Assembly: GCA_030647205.1 (NCBI GenBank)
Contig: JAUSJO010000005.1
Location: 10,523-74,522, forward strand
DNA length: 64,000 nt
DNA from: a bacterium
Lineage (GTDB): Bacteria > Patescibacteriota > CPR2 > UBA1875 > JAJYID01
Direction: 5' to 3'
Shown here: positions 40,739 through 49,861 of the stretch, piece after piece
Position numbering within the stretch: the stretch's first letter is position 1
Layout: each line of letters starts with the position of its first letter
Made by a program: the position numbers and the translations under genes
The notes under the pieces: generated by a model
The model's database searches: none
What the model saw: only the letters and a program-made list of their open reading frames with translations
What the model was told of the DNA's origin: nothing

Positions 40739-41949
40739 ATAACTTAATGCATCAACACCTGCATCAGAGGGGCAGGAACAAGGAGCTGAATGAAATGTAT
40801 CTTTCGATGACTCTTCGAACTTTCGGATTGTCGTTGATTGCTATTTTTATCCCAATCTATCTCTATAATCTAGGATTTTCCTTAAGGGACATTCTCTTAT
40901 ATTACATAATGACAAACTTTTTTCAGATTTTCGGTGACTTTTTTGCCGGGAAAGCGATCGGCAGGTTTGGAGCAAAACATGTCATGATCTTAAGTTATCC
41001 GGTACTCCTCATACATCTTTCGATGCTTGTGACACTTAGTACTTACCATTGGCCACTTTGGCTTTTAGCTATTCCCGGTGCCTTGTCTTTAAATCTTTTT
41101 TGGCCGGCTTATCATGACGATTTTTCTAAGGCAAAAGACAAAAAATCAACCGGCAAACAGGTAGGAAAACTTCTGATACTTATTGAATCGGTTGGTGCAC
41201 TTGGCCCCATCACAGGAGGTATAGTTGCTCAAACATTTGGGGTAAAGTATGGCATTATCACTGCAATGATCATTGCTATGGCTGCGGTTATTCCGCTTTT
41301 AGGCAAAAAAGAAATTACAAAAAAGCGACCGCTTGATTTAAAGAAATTTTTGATAAGGGAAAACTATAAAGACATGATTGCTTATGGAGGCATAAGTATG
41401 GAAGGCATGGCTATCTCTGTTGCTTGGCCGCTTCTCCTTTTCTTTGTAATCGGAAACTATGCGCGTATTGGCTCTATCGCAACCATTTCTCTTCTTGTGA
41501 CGATTGCACTGTCTATATTTATAGGTAAAGCGGTGGATAAATATAAAAAAGAGAATGTTCTGAGGGTTTCGAGTGTTATCAACTTCTTCACTTCTTTCTC
41601 CAGGGTCTTAGTAAGCAGCATAAACTCAGCATATATTATCGGTATAATCTCTTCGCTATCGCATATAGTTCTCTGGGTGCCTTTTTTCTCACAGTACTAC
41701 CTCCATGCCGATAGAAGCCCGAGAACCGAATATATTGTAGAAATGGAGATGTCTGTTGATGTTTTCCGTATGTTGAGTCTGGCTGTTCTATTCGCTTGCA
41801 CGTATTTCTTTGATGTTAAAACTACGTTGATTACAGGGATAGTTATAGGCGCCATTGGCACGTTACTTACAATGCTGATTACAAGTTCCACTAAGAAACA
41901 GGCTAAAGAAATTCGGGTTCAAAGAGAGGTCGCAAAGGTTAGGCCGTGA
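40735..41949 (+). CDS. Polytopic membrane transporter-like protein (MFS-like), tandem paralog 2
   Basis: Same length (404 aa) and the same N-terminal motif: RGRNKELNEMYLSM versus RGRKNTELNEIYFSM. C-terminus RVQREVAKVRP. ATGA overlap with paralog 1. Confidence 0.5.
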   Translation: MNNLMHQHLHQRGRNKELNEMYLSMTLRTFGLSLIAIFIPIYLYNLGFSLRDILLYYIMTNFFQIFGDFFAGKAIGRFGAKHVMILSYPVLLIHLSMLVTLSTYHWPLWLLAIPGALSLNLFWPAYHDDFSKAKDKKSTGKQVGKLLILIESVGALGPITGGIVAQTFGVKYGIITAMIIAMAAVIPLLGKKEITKKRPLDLKKFLIRENYKDMIAYGGISMEGMAISVAWPLLLFFVIGNYARIGSIATISLLVTIALSIFIGKAVDKYKKENVLRVSSVINFFTSFSRVLVSSINSAYIIGIISSLSHIVLWVPFFSQYYLHADRSPRTEYIVEMEMSVDVFRMLSLAVLFACTYFFDVKTTLITGIVIGAIGTLLTMLITSSTKKQAKEIRVQREVAKVRP

Positions 41950-42704
41950 TAGATACGCACGCACATCTCAATTTCTACCATTTTCAAAATGATATTGATG
42001 AAGTCATTGAAAAATCTTTTGCAAAAGGCCTAGAAGATATTATTTTAGTCGGAACAAATGTTGAGACTAGTAAAATAGCGGTGGAAATGGCGGAAAAAAA
42101 TGAGAAGCTTTTTGCTACGGTCGGAGTTCATCCGCAGGAGATTGATGAAGCAAAAGAATTTCCCAAGATAGAAGCACTCGCCAATAATAAGAATGTCGTT
42201 GCAATAGGAGAAACGGGGCTGGACTACTACAGGTTAGGTGAAAATCTGGAGGAGGGGAAAAGAGCTCAGAAAGAGCTTCTCTTGAGTCATATCAAGTTGG
42301 CGAAAGATAGGGATCTTCCATTAATTTTCCATAATCGGGATAGTCATGAAGACTTTTACCAAATCGTTAAAGACAAAGATGTAAGAGGCGTCATCCATTG
42401 TTATACTGGTAATGTAGATTTTGCCAAGAAGATACTAGATTTGGGGTTCATGATATCTTTTACCGGCATTATTACTTTTGACAGAGGCGAGAATCTTATT
42501 GAAGTGATAAAGAAAGTTCCACTTGAAAAAATCATGGTGGAAACGGATGCTCCTTATTTATCCCCGGTTCCGTACAGGGGCAAGAGATGCGAGCCCTGGA
42601 TGGTGAAGGAAGTTATTCAGAAAATTGCCGATATCAAGGAATTGACTTTTCGTGAGGTGGAAGAAAAAACTTCTTCTAACGCAAAAGTTTTTTTTGGGAT
42701 ATAA
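41946..42704 (+). CDS. tatD: TatD-family metal-dependent DNase/hydrolase
   Basis: N-terminus MIDTHAHLNF. Later segments GVHP, GETGLDY, IFHNRD and ETDAPYL. Confidence 0.8.
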   Translation: MIDTHAHLNFYHFQNDIDEVIEKSFAKGLEDIILVGTNVETSKIAVEMAEKNEKLFATVGVHPQEIDEAKEFPKIEALANNKNVVAIGETGLDYYRLGENLEEGKRAQKELLLSHIKLAKDRDLPLIFHNRDSHEDFYQIVKDKDVRGVIHCYTGNVDFAKKILDLGFMISFTGIITFDRGENLIEVIKKVPLEKIMVETDAPYLSPVPYRGKRCEPWMVKEVIQKIADIKELTFREVEEKTSSNAKVFFGI

Positions 42705-42738
42705 TCAAAGCATAAGAACAAAATAGAGGGAAATTATT

Positions 42739-44475
42739 ATGTTTAAAAAGTTTTTAGCGTTTACAATATTGTCTCTTTTTTCATCAGTTAGCATCGTTCA
42801 TGCTGATGGGATGGTTCTTCCTCGAGAGGGCAACTACTATACCCATGAAGCAGACCAAAAAGCTGCTATCTTCTTCAAAAATAACAGGGAGGATATGTAT
42901 CTATCGATTGGAACTAAGGGTAGCGCAAATGAATTTGCATGGATAGTGCCTACGCCTTCCAAGCCAGATGTCAACGAGGCTCCATCGGATCTATTCAACG
43001 ATCTTGATAAAAAAACTCAAAAAAAGGACAAGCTTTATGAGAAAATATTTAAATGGCTTGGGATAGACAGTGGCGGTTCTGGATATAGCGACGAAATTCC
43101 ATCTGGTAATGTTGATATTAGCGTAGGTACTAAATCTCAAAGCAGTACAGTTAGGGTTGTTGAGCAAAAATATAACCTGGGTATGTATGATACGGCAACC
43201 CTCAAATCTGAAAAAGCAGATGATCTATATGAGTGGCTAAAAGATAATAACTATAATGTTCCGGAAAACGGTACATCAATTTTGGAAGAATATATTTCAA
43301 AGGGCTGGTATTTTGTAGCAATGAAAATATCTGATGATTATAAAACTGATAAGGTGCGGTCGGAGATACTTTCGAGCAATGTAAGGCCAATCAAACTTAG
43401 TTTTGACAGTAGCAAAATGACTTTTCCGCTAAAGATATCGTCTATTGAGGCTAGCACTGGAAATAACACTCTTACAGAGATCGAAAATAAGATTTTTTCA
43501 GAGATGTCTCTTCCGCCGGAAACGACGGTTGCTTCTAACCGATTGATTTCAGCGGGGATAGAGCAAAGTAAAATCACCGAATGGAAGAGTATGTATCAAG
43601 AGTATTTACAAACAAAGGATCCAAAGATCATAAAGGATGATATCCATAAGACAGTTTCTGGTCTCGCTGCTTATGGAATAGAAAGGCTGAAAATAGCCTA
43701 TGGAACCTCATATCAATCCAACTATGATCAGGTCAGTATTTTGTTGTATGTATTTACTAATAATAGGGTCGATGCGGATAACTATAACGCGACCACTCAG
43801 TATGCATCAAAGATGTCGGAGAGGGCAATAAAGAAAATATCGGTAGACCAAAACTGGACAACCCCAGCAGGAGGCTTTTATCTGACTAAGCTCAGGATAT
43901 CATTGGCGAAACAAGGCATGACGAAAGATTTGCTCTTTAAGACTGCGATGGACCAAAAGTCTGTGAATACCGGATCAATGACCATTTTTGAATGGATTCT
44001 CACTTTACTTCTTATATTATCACTGCTTTTATATGCCCCGTTCATTTTATTCGTTAAAATTGCTCCTTGGTTTTTAATCTTGCTCTATGTGGCCTACCTT
44101 GTTACATTTATTTCTTTGCTTGTTAGGCAGTTTATGTCCGCCAAAAGTATTAGCCGTAAGATGCTTATAGTCGAGAGCCATCTCCTAAGTATTATATATT
44201 TCCCAATTGTGGCAATCGTTGGCTTGTCAATATACGCTCAGTTTGACTCTTATGCAGATACTAGCCAGCCATTTATATTTATTATCCCGGCACTTGCCAG
44301 TTTAGTTTTTAGTTTGATTACTGTATTCTTATTACGCACGCTTCAGCTAAGGGTTCTTAGAAAGAGAGAAGAGGGCAGCCAAAACCTTTTAAAGCAAGGA
44401 GAGCTGGAAGCGAAAATAAAAAAACTAGAAGAAGAAACAGAAGTTTTAAGAAGTAAATTAGATAAAAAAAATTAA
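42739..44475 (+). CDS. Secreted/membrane protein of unknown function (signal peptide, large extracytoplasmic domain, C-terminal TM helices and coiled coil)
   Basis: Signal peptide MFKKFLAFTILSLFSSVSIVHA. Three hydrophobic helices near residues 420-530. C-terminal coiled coil LEAKIKKLEEETEVLRSKL. Confidence 0.4.
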   Translation: MFKKFLAFTILSLFSSVSIVHADGMVLPREGNYYTHEADQKAAIFFKNNREDMYLSIGTKGSANEFAWIVPTPSKPDVNEAPSDLFNDLDKKTQKKDKLYEKIFKWLGIDSGGSGYSDEIPSGNVDISVGTKSQSSTVRVVEQKYNLGMYDTATLKSEKADDLYEWLKDNNYNVPENGTSILEEYISKGWYFVAMKISDDYKTDKVRSEILSSNVRPIKLSFDSSKMTFPLKISSIEASTGNNTLTEIENKIFSEMSLPPETTVASNRLISAGIEQSKITEWKSMYQEYLQTKDPKIIKDDIHKTVSGLAAYGIERLKIAYGTSYQSNYDQVSILLYVFTNNRVDADNYNATTQYASKMSERAIKKISVDQNWTTPAGGFYLTKLRISLAKQGMTKDLLFKTAMDQKSVNTGSMTIFEWILTLLLILSLLLYAPFILFVKIAPWFLILLYVAYLVTFISLLVRQFMSAKSISRKMLIVESHLLSIIYFPIVAIVGLSIYAQFDSYADTSQPFIFIIPALASLVFSLITVFLLRTLQLRVLRKREEGSQNLLKQGELEAKIKKLEEETEVLRSKLDKKN

Positions 44476-44498
44476 AACCTTTTTGAGGGAGGCATATC

Positions 44499-45569
44499 AT
44501 GGCGAAGAAAAAAGAAGAAAAGCCTGAAGAGGCTAAGGAAGAAAAATCAGAGAATATCGTAGAGGAAGAAAAATCCGAAGAAAAAGTCAAAGAAAAAGAC
44601 TATAACAGTATTTTTGACGATGACTATGATCCGGATAACGATAAAGATTCCGGTGATGAAGAAAATATTGAAGAAGATCCAAAATCCGATGAGGTAGAAG
44701 CTGAAACTGAGCCTGAAGAAGAAGTGGTAGAAGAGGAACCGGAAGCTGAGGAAGAGGATGAAGTTGTACCAGAAGTAAAAGAAGAAAAGCCTCAAAAACA
44801 AGAGAAAAAGACCATTAAAAAGAAGTCAAAAGGATCTTCAAAGAAAAAGATTTTGATAGCTCTCGCAATACTTTTAGCACTACTTCTTGGTGCTTTTGGC
44901 GGTTATCTCTATTTTAAAAGTTCAAACAAACCAAAAGAGGAGTCAAAACCAGTCGAAACGACAACAACAACTCCGCCGGAAACCAAGGCACCGGAAAAAA
45001 CTGTTTATATTACAGCAGACGGTGGTCTTAATATGCGCGAAGACACAAGTTCAAGTTCCAAATCTTTGGCCGTAATACCAAATGGTACGAAGCTAACCGT
45101 TTTAGAAGAGAAAGATGGTTGGTATAAGGTAGAGTATAACGGGCAAACCGGCTGGGTTTCAAAGGATTTTGTGTCAGAAACAAAACCAGCTGATATGAAA
45201 ACGTATACAGGCACCGGACAGGTAGCTGAAAATCCGAAGTTTTCGGTAAAATATCCATCTGACTGGACTATAGATGACTACAAAATCAGTAAAACAGATG
45301 GCGGGAAAACTTATGCAATAGTTCTCGGTGCAGGCGGACATGGTGGTAATGATGATCCGGCTATCGTAAACACTCAAGAAGATGTAACGGTAAATGGTGT
45401 AGCAGGAAAGAAAAGTATATCTAAAAAGGATGGTAAAATAGTAGCTATTTACACGCAATTTTTGAAGGGAGACGGATATATCAATATTGAGTTCAGCCCG
45501 CCGGCTGGCTATGAGGAAGCATATATTGATATCTATAACAAAATAGTCGAGACATTCAAGTTTCTCTAA
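44499..45569 (+). CDS. Membrane-anchored SH3b-domain protein with an acidic E/K-rich N-terminus; paralog of 25040..25855
   Basis: TM helix ILIALAILLALLLGAFGGYLYF. SH3b-like segment LNMREDTSSSSKSLAVIPNGTKLTVLEEKDGWYKVEYNGQTGWVSKDF. C-terminus ends ETFKFL. Confidence 0.6.
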   Translation: MAKKKEEKPEEAKEEKSENIVEEEKSEEKVKEKDYNSIFDDDYDPDNDKDSGDEENIEEDPKSDEVEAETEPEEEVVEEEPEAEEEDEVVPEVKEEKPQKQEKKTIKKKSKGSSKKKILIALAILLALLLGAFGGYLYFKSSNKPKEESKPVETTTTTPPETKAPEKTVYITADGGLNMREDTSSSSKSLAVIPNGTKLTVLEEKDGWYKVEYNGQTGWVSKDFVSETKPADMKTYTGTGQVAENPKFSVKYPSDWTIDDYKISKTDGGKTYAIVLGAGGHGGNDDPAIVNTQEDVTVNGVAGKKSISKKDGKIVAIYTQFLKGDGYINIEFSPPAGYEEAYIDIYNKIVETFKFL

Positions 45570-45587
45570 AAGGTCAGGAGGGTAAAA

Positions 45588-46976
45588 GTGGAAAATGAAA
45601 ATCAACCGCAGCCAAATATTGATGGTATAAGGCCAAACATCGTGCAACCAAGTGGTAGTAGTCCGGCTCCTCAACAAGAGCCTGTTTCCAGTCCGCAGGG
45701 TTTGTTTCAAGAGCCGGAGTTCAAAAAACCGCAAAAATCTTCAAAGAAAAGGATAATAATTCTAGCTGTTACCTTGGCAGCCTTGATTATTGGCGGCGGT
45801 ACGGTATTGGGGATCTGGTCTTATCTTGGTAATCAGGCAAAAATGAAAAAAACCGAGACAAAAACGGCAACCCAAAGTGAAAAACCAAAGGAAGCTGCCA
45901 CAGTGGTTAGCGGCAGATTGAAGGATTATATCTATACAGTCAAAGAACAAAATGTGGCAAACAGTAGTGGCGTTTTCGAAAAAACAATTACAAAAATAGG
46001 CGCGTATGATAGTAAGGATGGCCATTTAGTAAAGGAGTTTGCCTATGAAAGTAAGCTTGGTAATGGTGAAAACAAGGAAACCATAGACAACTTTCAAGTA
46101 GTTGGGAATAACCTTTATGCTAGGTCATCGGTTGTCAAAATCCCGGGGCAAAGGGTGTATCTTGGGATTATAAAGTTTGATGGTAAGGAGAGGAAAGAGG
46201 TAGTTAAGTTTAGTCAAACTGATAGTCTAGATCGTTTTAGAGTTTCCCCTGATGAGAAATATATTGCATGGGGGTCTTTCGCAACCGGTGCGGACGGTAT
46301 GATGACCTTAAACCTGTCCGACATCAACGGAACACTGATAAAAAAACTGAGGCAAGTATCAGGAGGCAGTACGGTGAACTATAGCAGTTTAAACCCATTC
46401 TATTGGTCCAGTGACGGTAAAAATATCTATTACATAGAACAAGGTGGCGGAAGAGGCGGGTATGTGCTGTTTGGAAACTCATATACTGATGTAGTTTCAA
46501 AGATCAATATTGAAAGCGGCAGCGAGATAGTTTTCAACAGCAATAAGGATATTGGGTATGACAATATAGACTCTTTGGAAAACTTGTATTTCAAGAAGGA
46601 TGATCGAGCCGCAGATAGTGGCGCAATAATCATAAAGAATAAATCCGGGGATCTGGTCAAAGAAGTACCGATCACAAAATATTGGCCCAACCAAAGATCT
46701 GGCAACTTTGTCAGAAATGGTGACGAAATCTATTTCGCTGTTGCGAAGGGTAACCCTGATAATGAAGAGTTCAAGCTGATCAAGCATGATTTGAAAACAA
46801 GCAAAGATGAAGAGATGACGGATGTTAAGGGGTTCTATTTTCCTCAGTTCATGTATGACGAGTCTAACCTATTAATAACGAAAATGAACTCATTGGTACT
46901 CTTTAATGTAAGGGAGAAGAAAGAGAAGAAGCTGCTAGAGTGGACCGCCGAAGATGCATTGACCATATTGAACTAA
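45588..46976 (+). CDS. Bitopic protein with a P/Q-rich N-terminus, a TM helix and a PD40/WD40-like beta-propeller ectodomain
   Basis: TM helix IIILAVTLAALIIGGGTVLGIW. Segments SPDEKYIAWGS and SSDGKNIYYIE resemble TolB-type PD40 repeats. Confidence 0.45.
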   Translation: MENENQPQPNIDGIRPNIVQPSGSSPAPQQEPVSSPQGLFQEPEFKKPQKSSKKRIIILAVTLAALIIGGGTVLGIWSYLGNQAKMKKTETKTATQSEKPKEAATVVSGRLKDYIYTVKEQNVANSSGVFEKTITKIGAYDSKDGHLVKEFAYESKLGNGENKETIDNFQVVGNNLYARSSVVKIPGQRVYLGIIKFDGKERKEVVKFSQTDSLDRFRVSPDEKYIAWGSFATGADGMMTLNLSDINGTLIKKLRQVSGGSTVNYSSLNPFYWSSDGKNIYYIEQGGGRGGYVLFGNSYTDVVSKINIESGSEIVFNSNKDIGYDNIDSLENLYFKKDDRAADSGAIIIKNKSGDLVKEVPITKYWPNQRSGNFVRNGDEIYFAVAKGNPDNEEFKLIKHDLKTSKDEEMTDVKGFYFPQFMYDESNLLITKMNSLVLFNVREKKEKKLLEWTAEDALTILN

Positions 46977-46997
46977 AATTGTTGACAAAAGTTAGAT

Positions 46998-47032
46998 AAA
47001 AAGTTACCCTAGATGTAGGGTAACTTTTTATT
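46998..47032. terminator. Strong bidirectional intrinsic terminator
   Basis: AAAAAGTTACCCTA-GATG-TAGGGTAACTTTTT gives a 14-bp perfect stem with an A-run 5' and a T-run 3'. Confidence 0.7.
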
Positions 47033-47042
47033 TGGAGAAAAT

Positions 47043-47258
47043 ATGAAAGAAAAATTTATTACAACAAATGAACTGGCAAATGATGCCTCAAAGATTCTAA
47101 AAGGTCTAAAAAAGGGTGAAGGTGTGGTAGTCCTTAGGTACTCTGATCCTGTTGGGGTTCTTATTTCCTATGATGACTATAAAAAACTGATGAACCTTGA
47201 GTCAGATTTTGTTTCAGAATGCAAAACCTGTTTGGGAACTATAAGGAGGAAGGCATAA
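47043..47258 (+). CDS. Phd/YefM-like small protein (antitoxin-type fold) translationally coupled to iscS
   Basis: 71 aa. The segment ITTNELANDASKILKGLKKGEGVVVLRYSDPVGVLISYDDYKKL resembles Phd/YefM. A C-terminal CKTC pair is present. Its TAA stop overlaps the iscS ATG (TAATG). A GGAG RBS precedes it. Confidence 0.35.
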   Translation: MKEKFITTNELANDASKILKGLKKGEGVVVLRYSDPVGVLISYDDYKKLMNLESDFVSECKTCLGTIRRKA

Positions 47259-48430
47259 TGATATATCTTGATAATGCTGCTACCACACCGGTTAGCGGCT
47301 CAGTTTTAGATGCTATGAAACCGTATTTCAGTGAGAAATACGGTAATCCTTCCAGTATTTATAAAGTCGGTCAGGAGGCAAGGTCAGCACTTGAGCATGC
47401 GCGAGAAGAGGCAGCAAAGCTGCTTGGGGCGAGTCCGAAAGAAATTATCTTTACGTCAGGTGCTACAGAGTCAAACAACCTTGCTTTAAAAGGTGTAGCT
47501 TTTTATTGGTCGCAAGTTTTAGATGTTAAGCCTCATATCATAGTCAGTTCTATCGAGCATCACTCTGTTTTGGATGTGGCCGAGTATTTAGAAAAGAACT
47601 TTGGATTTGAAATAACGAAATTGCCAGTTTCAGAAGAGGGAATAGTAGACCCAAAAGAATTGGAAAAATCAATCAGGGAAAATACGGCGTTAGTTTCTAT
47701 AATGTACGGGAACAATGAAATTGGCTCTATCCAGCCGATCGGAGAATTGTCGCAAATTGTCAGAAAAGCGAATGAAGGTCGGGAAAACAAGATTACGTTT
47801 CATACTGACGCAGTCCAGGCGTTTCAGTACCTCGATACTAATGTGAACGATTTGGATGTAGGTATGCTTTCCCTGACCGGTCACAAATTCTATGGACCAA
47901 AAGGAGTCGGGCTTCTTTATGTGAGAGACGGAGTGAAATTCCTACCGCAAACTCAAGGCGGTTCTCAAGAAAGAAAGAGAAGAGCCGGGACGGAAAATGT
48001 GCCATATATTGTCGGGATGGTCGAGGCGATGAAAAATGCAAATAAATCCGGGAAAGAAATATCGGTTTTAAGAGATTATTTAGTCGAGAGTATTACAAAG
48101 GAAATTCCGGACGTGGTTTTGACAGGGCCGAAAGACAACACAAAAAGATTGCCGCATATTGCCGGATTTATTTTCAAGAAAATAGAGGGAGAGTCGATCC
48201 TTATCAATCTAGATTTACTAGGTATCGCCGCTTCTAGCGGTTCGGCTTGCACATCGGGTAGTCTGGCATCATCGCATGTTTTAACTGCTATGGGTTATGA
48301 TGATTTGTTGGCTCACGGTTCCATCCGATTTAGCCTAGGAAAAATGAATTCGCGTGATGATGTAGATGAGCTAATGAAACATTTGCCACAAATTGTAGAA
48401 AAACTAAGAGGAATGAGCCCGATAAAATAA
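47258..48430 (+). CDS. iscS: Cysteine desulfurase (NifS/IscS class)
   Basis: AAGGAGGAAGG RBS. N-terminus MIYLDNAATTP. PLP lysine region HKFYGPKG. Catalytic loop SSGSACTSGS. The ORF-track start at 47219 is an in-frame 5' extension. Confidence 0.85.
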   Translation: MIYLDNAATTPVSGSVLDAMKPYFSEKYGNPSSIYKVGQEARSALEHAREEAAKLLGASPKEIIFTSGATESNNLALKGVAFYWSQVLDVKPHIIVSSIEHHSVLDVAEYLEKNFGFEITKLPVSEEGIVDPKELEKSIRENTALVSIMYGNNEIGSIQPIGELSQIVRKANEGRENKITFHTDAVQAFQYLDTNVNDLDVGMLSLTGHKFYGPKGVGLLYVRDGVKFLPQTQGGSQERKRRAGTENVPYIVGMVEAMKNANKSGKEISVLRDYLVESITKEIPDVVLTGPKDNTKRLPHIAGFIFKKIEGESILINLDLLGIAASSGSACTSGSLASSHVLTAMGYDDLLAHGSIRFSLGKMNSRDDVDELMKHLPQIVEKLRGMSPIK

Positions 48431-48440
48431 GGAGATAAAT

Positions 48441-48824
48441 ATGAGCGATATGTATTCAAAAGAAGTTATGGACCACTTTATGAACCCGAGGAATGTCGGA
48501 GAGATTAAAGATGCTAGCGGCGTGGGTGAAAAAGGCAACCCGACCTGCGGTGATATCATGAAAATGTATATCAAAGTCGGTAAAAAGGATGGTAAGGAGA
48601 TTATCGAGGATATTAAATTCCAAACTTTTGGCTGTGGTGCAGCAGTAGCAACATCAAGTATGATTACGGAAATGGTAAAGGGTAAAACTCTTGATGAAGC
48701 AGAGAAGATTACTAATGAGCAAGTCGCGAAAGCTCTTGGCGGACTTCCTCCCATCAAGATGCATTGTTCAAACTTAGCGGCAAATGCGCTTCATGATGCG
48801 ATTGAAAATTATAGGAAGAAGTAG
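48441..48824 (+). CDS. iscU: Fe-S cluster assembly scaffold IscU/NifU-like
   Basis: Segments NPRNVGE, GNPTCGD, FQTFGCGAAVA and MHCSNLA. Confidence 0.85.
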   Translation: MSDMYSKEVMDHFMNPRNVGEIKDASGVGEKGNPTCGDIMKMYIKVGKKDGKEIIEDIKFQTFGCGAAVATSSMITEMVKGKTLDEAEKITNEQVAKALGGLPPIKMHCSNLAANALHDAIENYRKK

Positions 48825-48904
48825 AATTTTTCCAGGTTTCTTGTGTAGATTTTTGTTAAATAACCACTTTCAATAGGGTATAAACTTATGTTAATCTAGA
48901 GGAT

Positions 48905-49861
48905 ATGAATTGGGTTGATTTAGTCATTGTCTTGTTTGTCCTATATTTCCTGGTGATGGGGTATTTCCAGGGCTTTTTGCGTGGGACCATAGAACTTGTC
49001 GGACTTGTTATGTCTCTTCTTCTTGCTTGGAGGTTTTATCCTGGGATCACACAAACAGTCAGCGCTAAGTTCGGGTTCCCTCTTTCTATCGCTAAAATTA
49101 CCAGCTTTGCCCTTATCTGGTTTATTTTGTATCTGACTTACTACTTTGCTTCTTCATATGGTTACAAAAAAATACCTAAAAAAATAAAAGAATCAAAATA
49201 TAATCGTTTTGGCGGAGGTGCGCCGGCACTGGTGAAGGGGGTGGTGATGTCTGCCTTTTTGCTGATATTGATAATGGTTTTACCCATTCCTACTAAATAC
49301 CGCGAGGATATCTCAAACTCTAGGATAGGTGGTAATCTCGTAAAACATAGTGAGAATGTCGAGAATATCATGCAAAAAGAGTTTGGCGGAGCGGTTGATG
49401 AAACCCTCACTTTTTTGACGGTCAAGCAAGGTAGCGACGAAACGACAAATCTTGGTTTTAAATCAACAAAAACTTCTGTTGATGAAATGAGTGAAACAAG
49501 GATGCTTGATATGGTGAACGAAGAGCGCACATCCCGGGGGTTAAACGCACTTGTGATGGACAAAAAACTGCAGGAAGTCGCAAGGGATCACTCGAAGGAT
49601 ATGTTCGAGAACGGGTATTTTTCGCACACTTCTCTTGACGGTAAGTCGCCGTTTGACAGGATGCATGATGCAGGGATTACGTTTTTAGCTGCAGGAGAGA
49701 ATCTGGCTCTTGCCCCTAATGTAGACATTGCCCATAGTGGTCTTATGAACAGTCCCGGGCACAGAGCGAATATCTTAACGGGTGAGTTTAATAAAGTTGG
49801 CATAGGAGTAATAGACGGTGGGACATATGGCAAAATGTTCTCACAAGAGTTTACTGATTGA
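48905..49861 (+). CDS. CvpA-family membrane domain fused to a C-terminal CAP/SCP (PR-1-like) domain
   Basis: N-terminus has 4 TM helices, with CvpA-like MNWVDLVIVLFVLYFLVMGYFQGF. C-terminal segments MVNEERTSRGLNAL, GYFSHTS and GHRANIL are CAP/YkwD-like. Confidence 0.6.
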   Translation: MNWVDLVIVLFVLYFLVMGYFQGFLRGTIELVGLVMSLLLAWRFYPGITQTVSAKFGFPLSIAKITSFALIWFILYLTYYFASSYGYKKIPKKIKESKYNRFGGGAPALVKGVVMSAFLLILIMVLPIPTKYREDISNSRIGGNLVKHSENVENIMQKEFGGAVDETLTFLTVKQGSDETTNLGFKSTKTSVDEMSETRMLDMVNEERTSRGLNALVMDKKLQEVARDHSKDMFENGYFSHTSLDGKSPFDRMHDAGITFLAAGENLALAPNVDIAHSGLMNSPGHRANILTGEFNKVGIGVIDGGTYGKMFSQEFTD

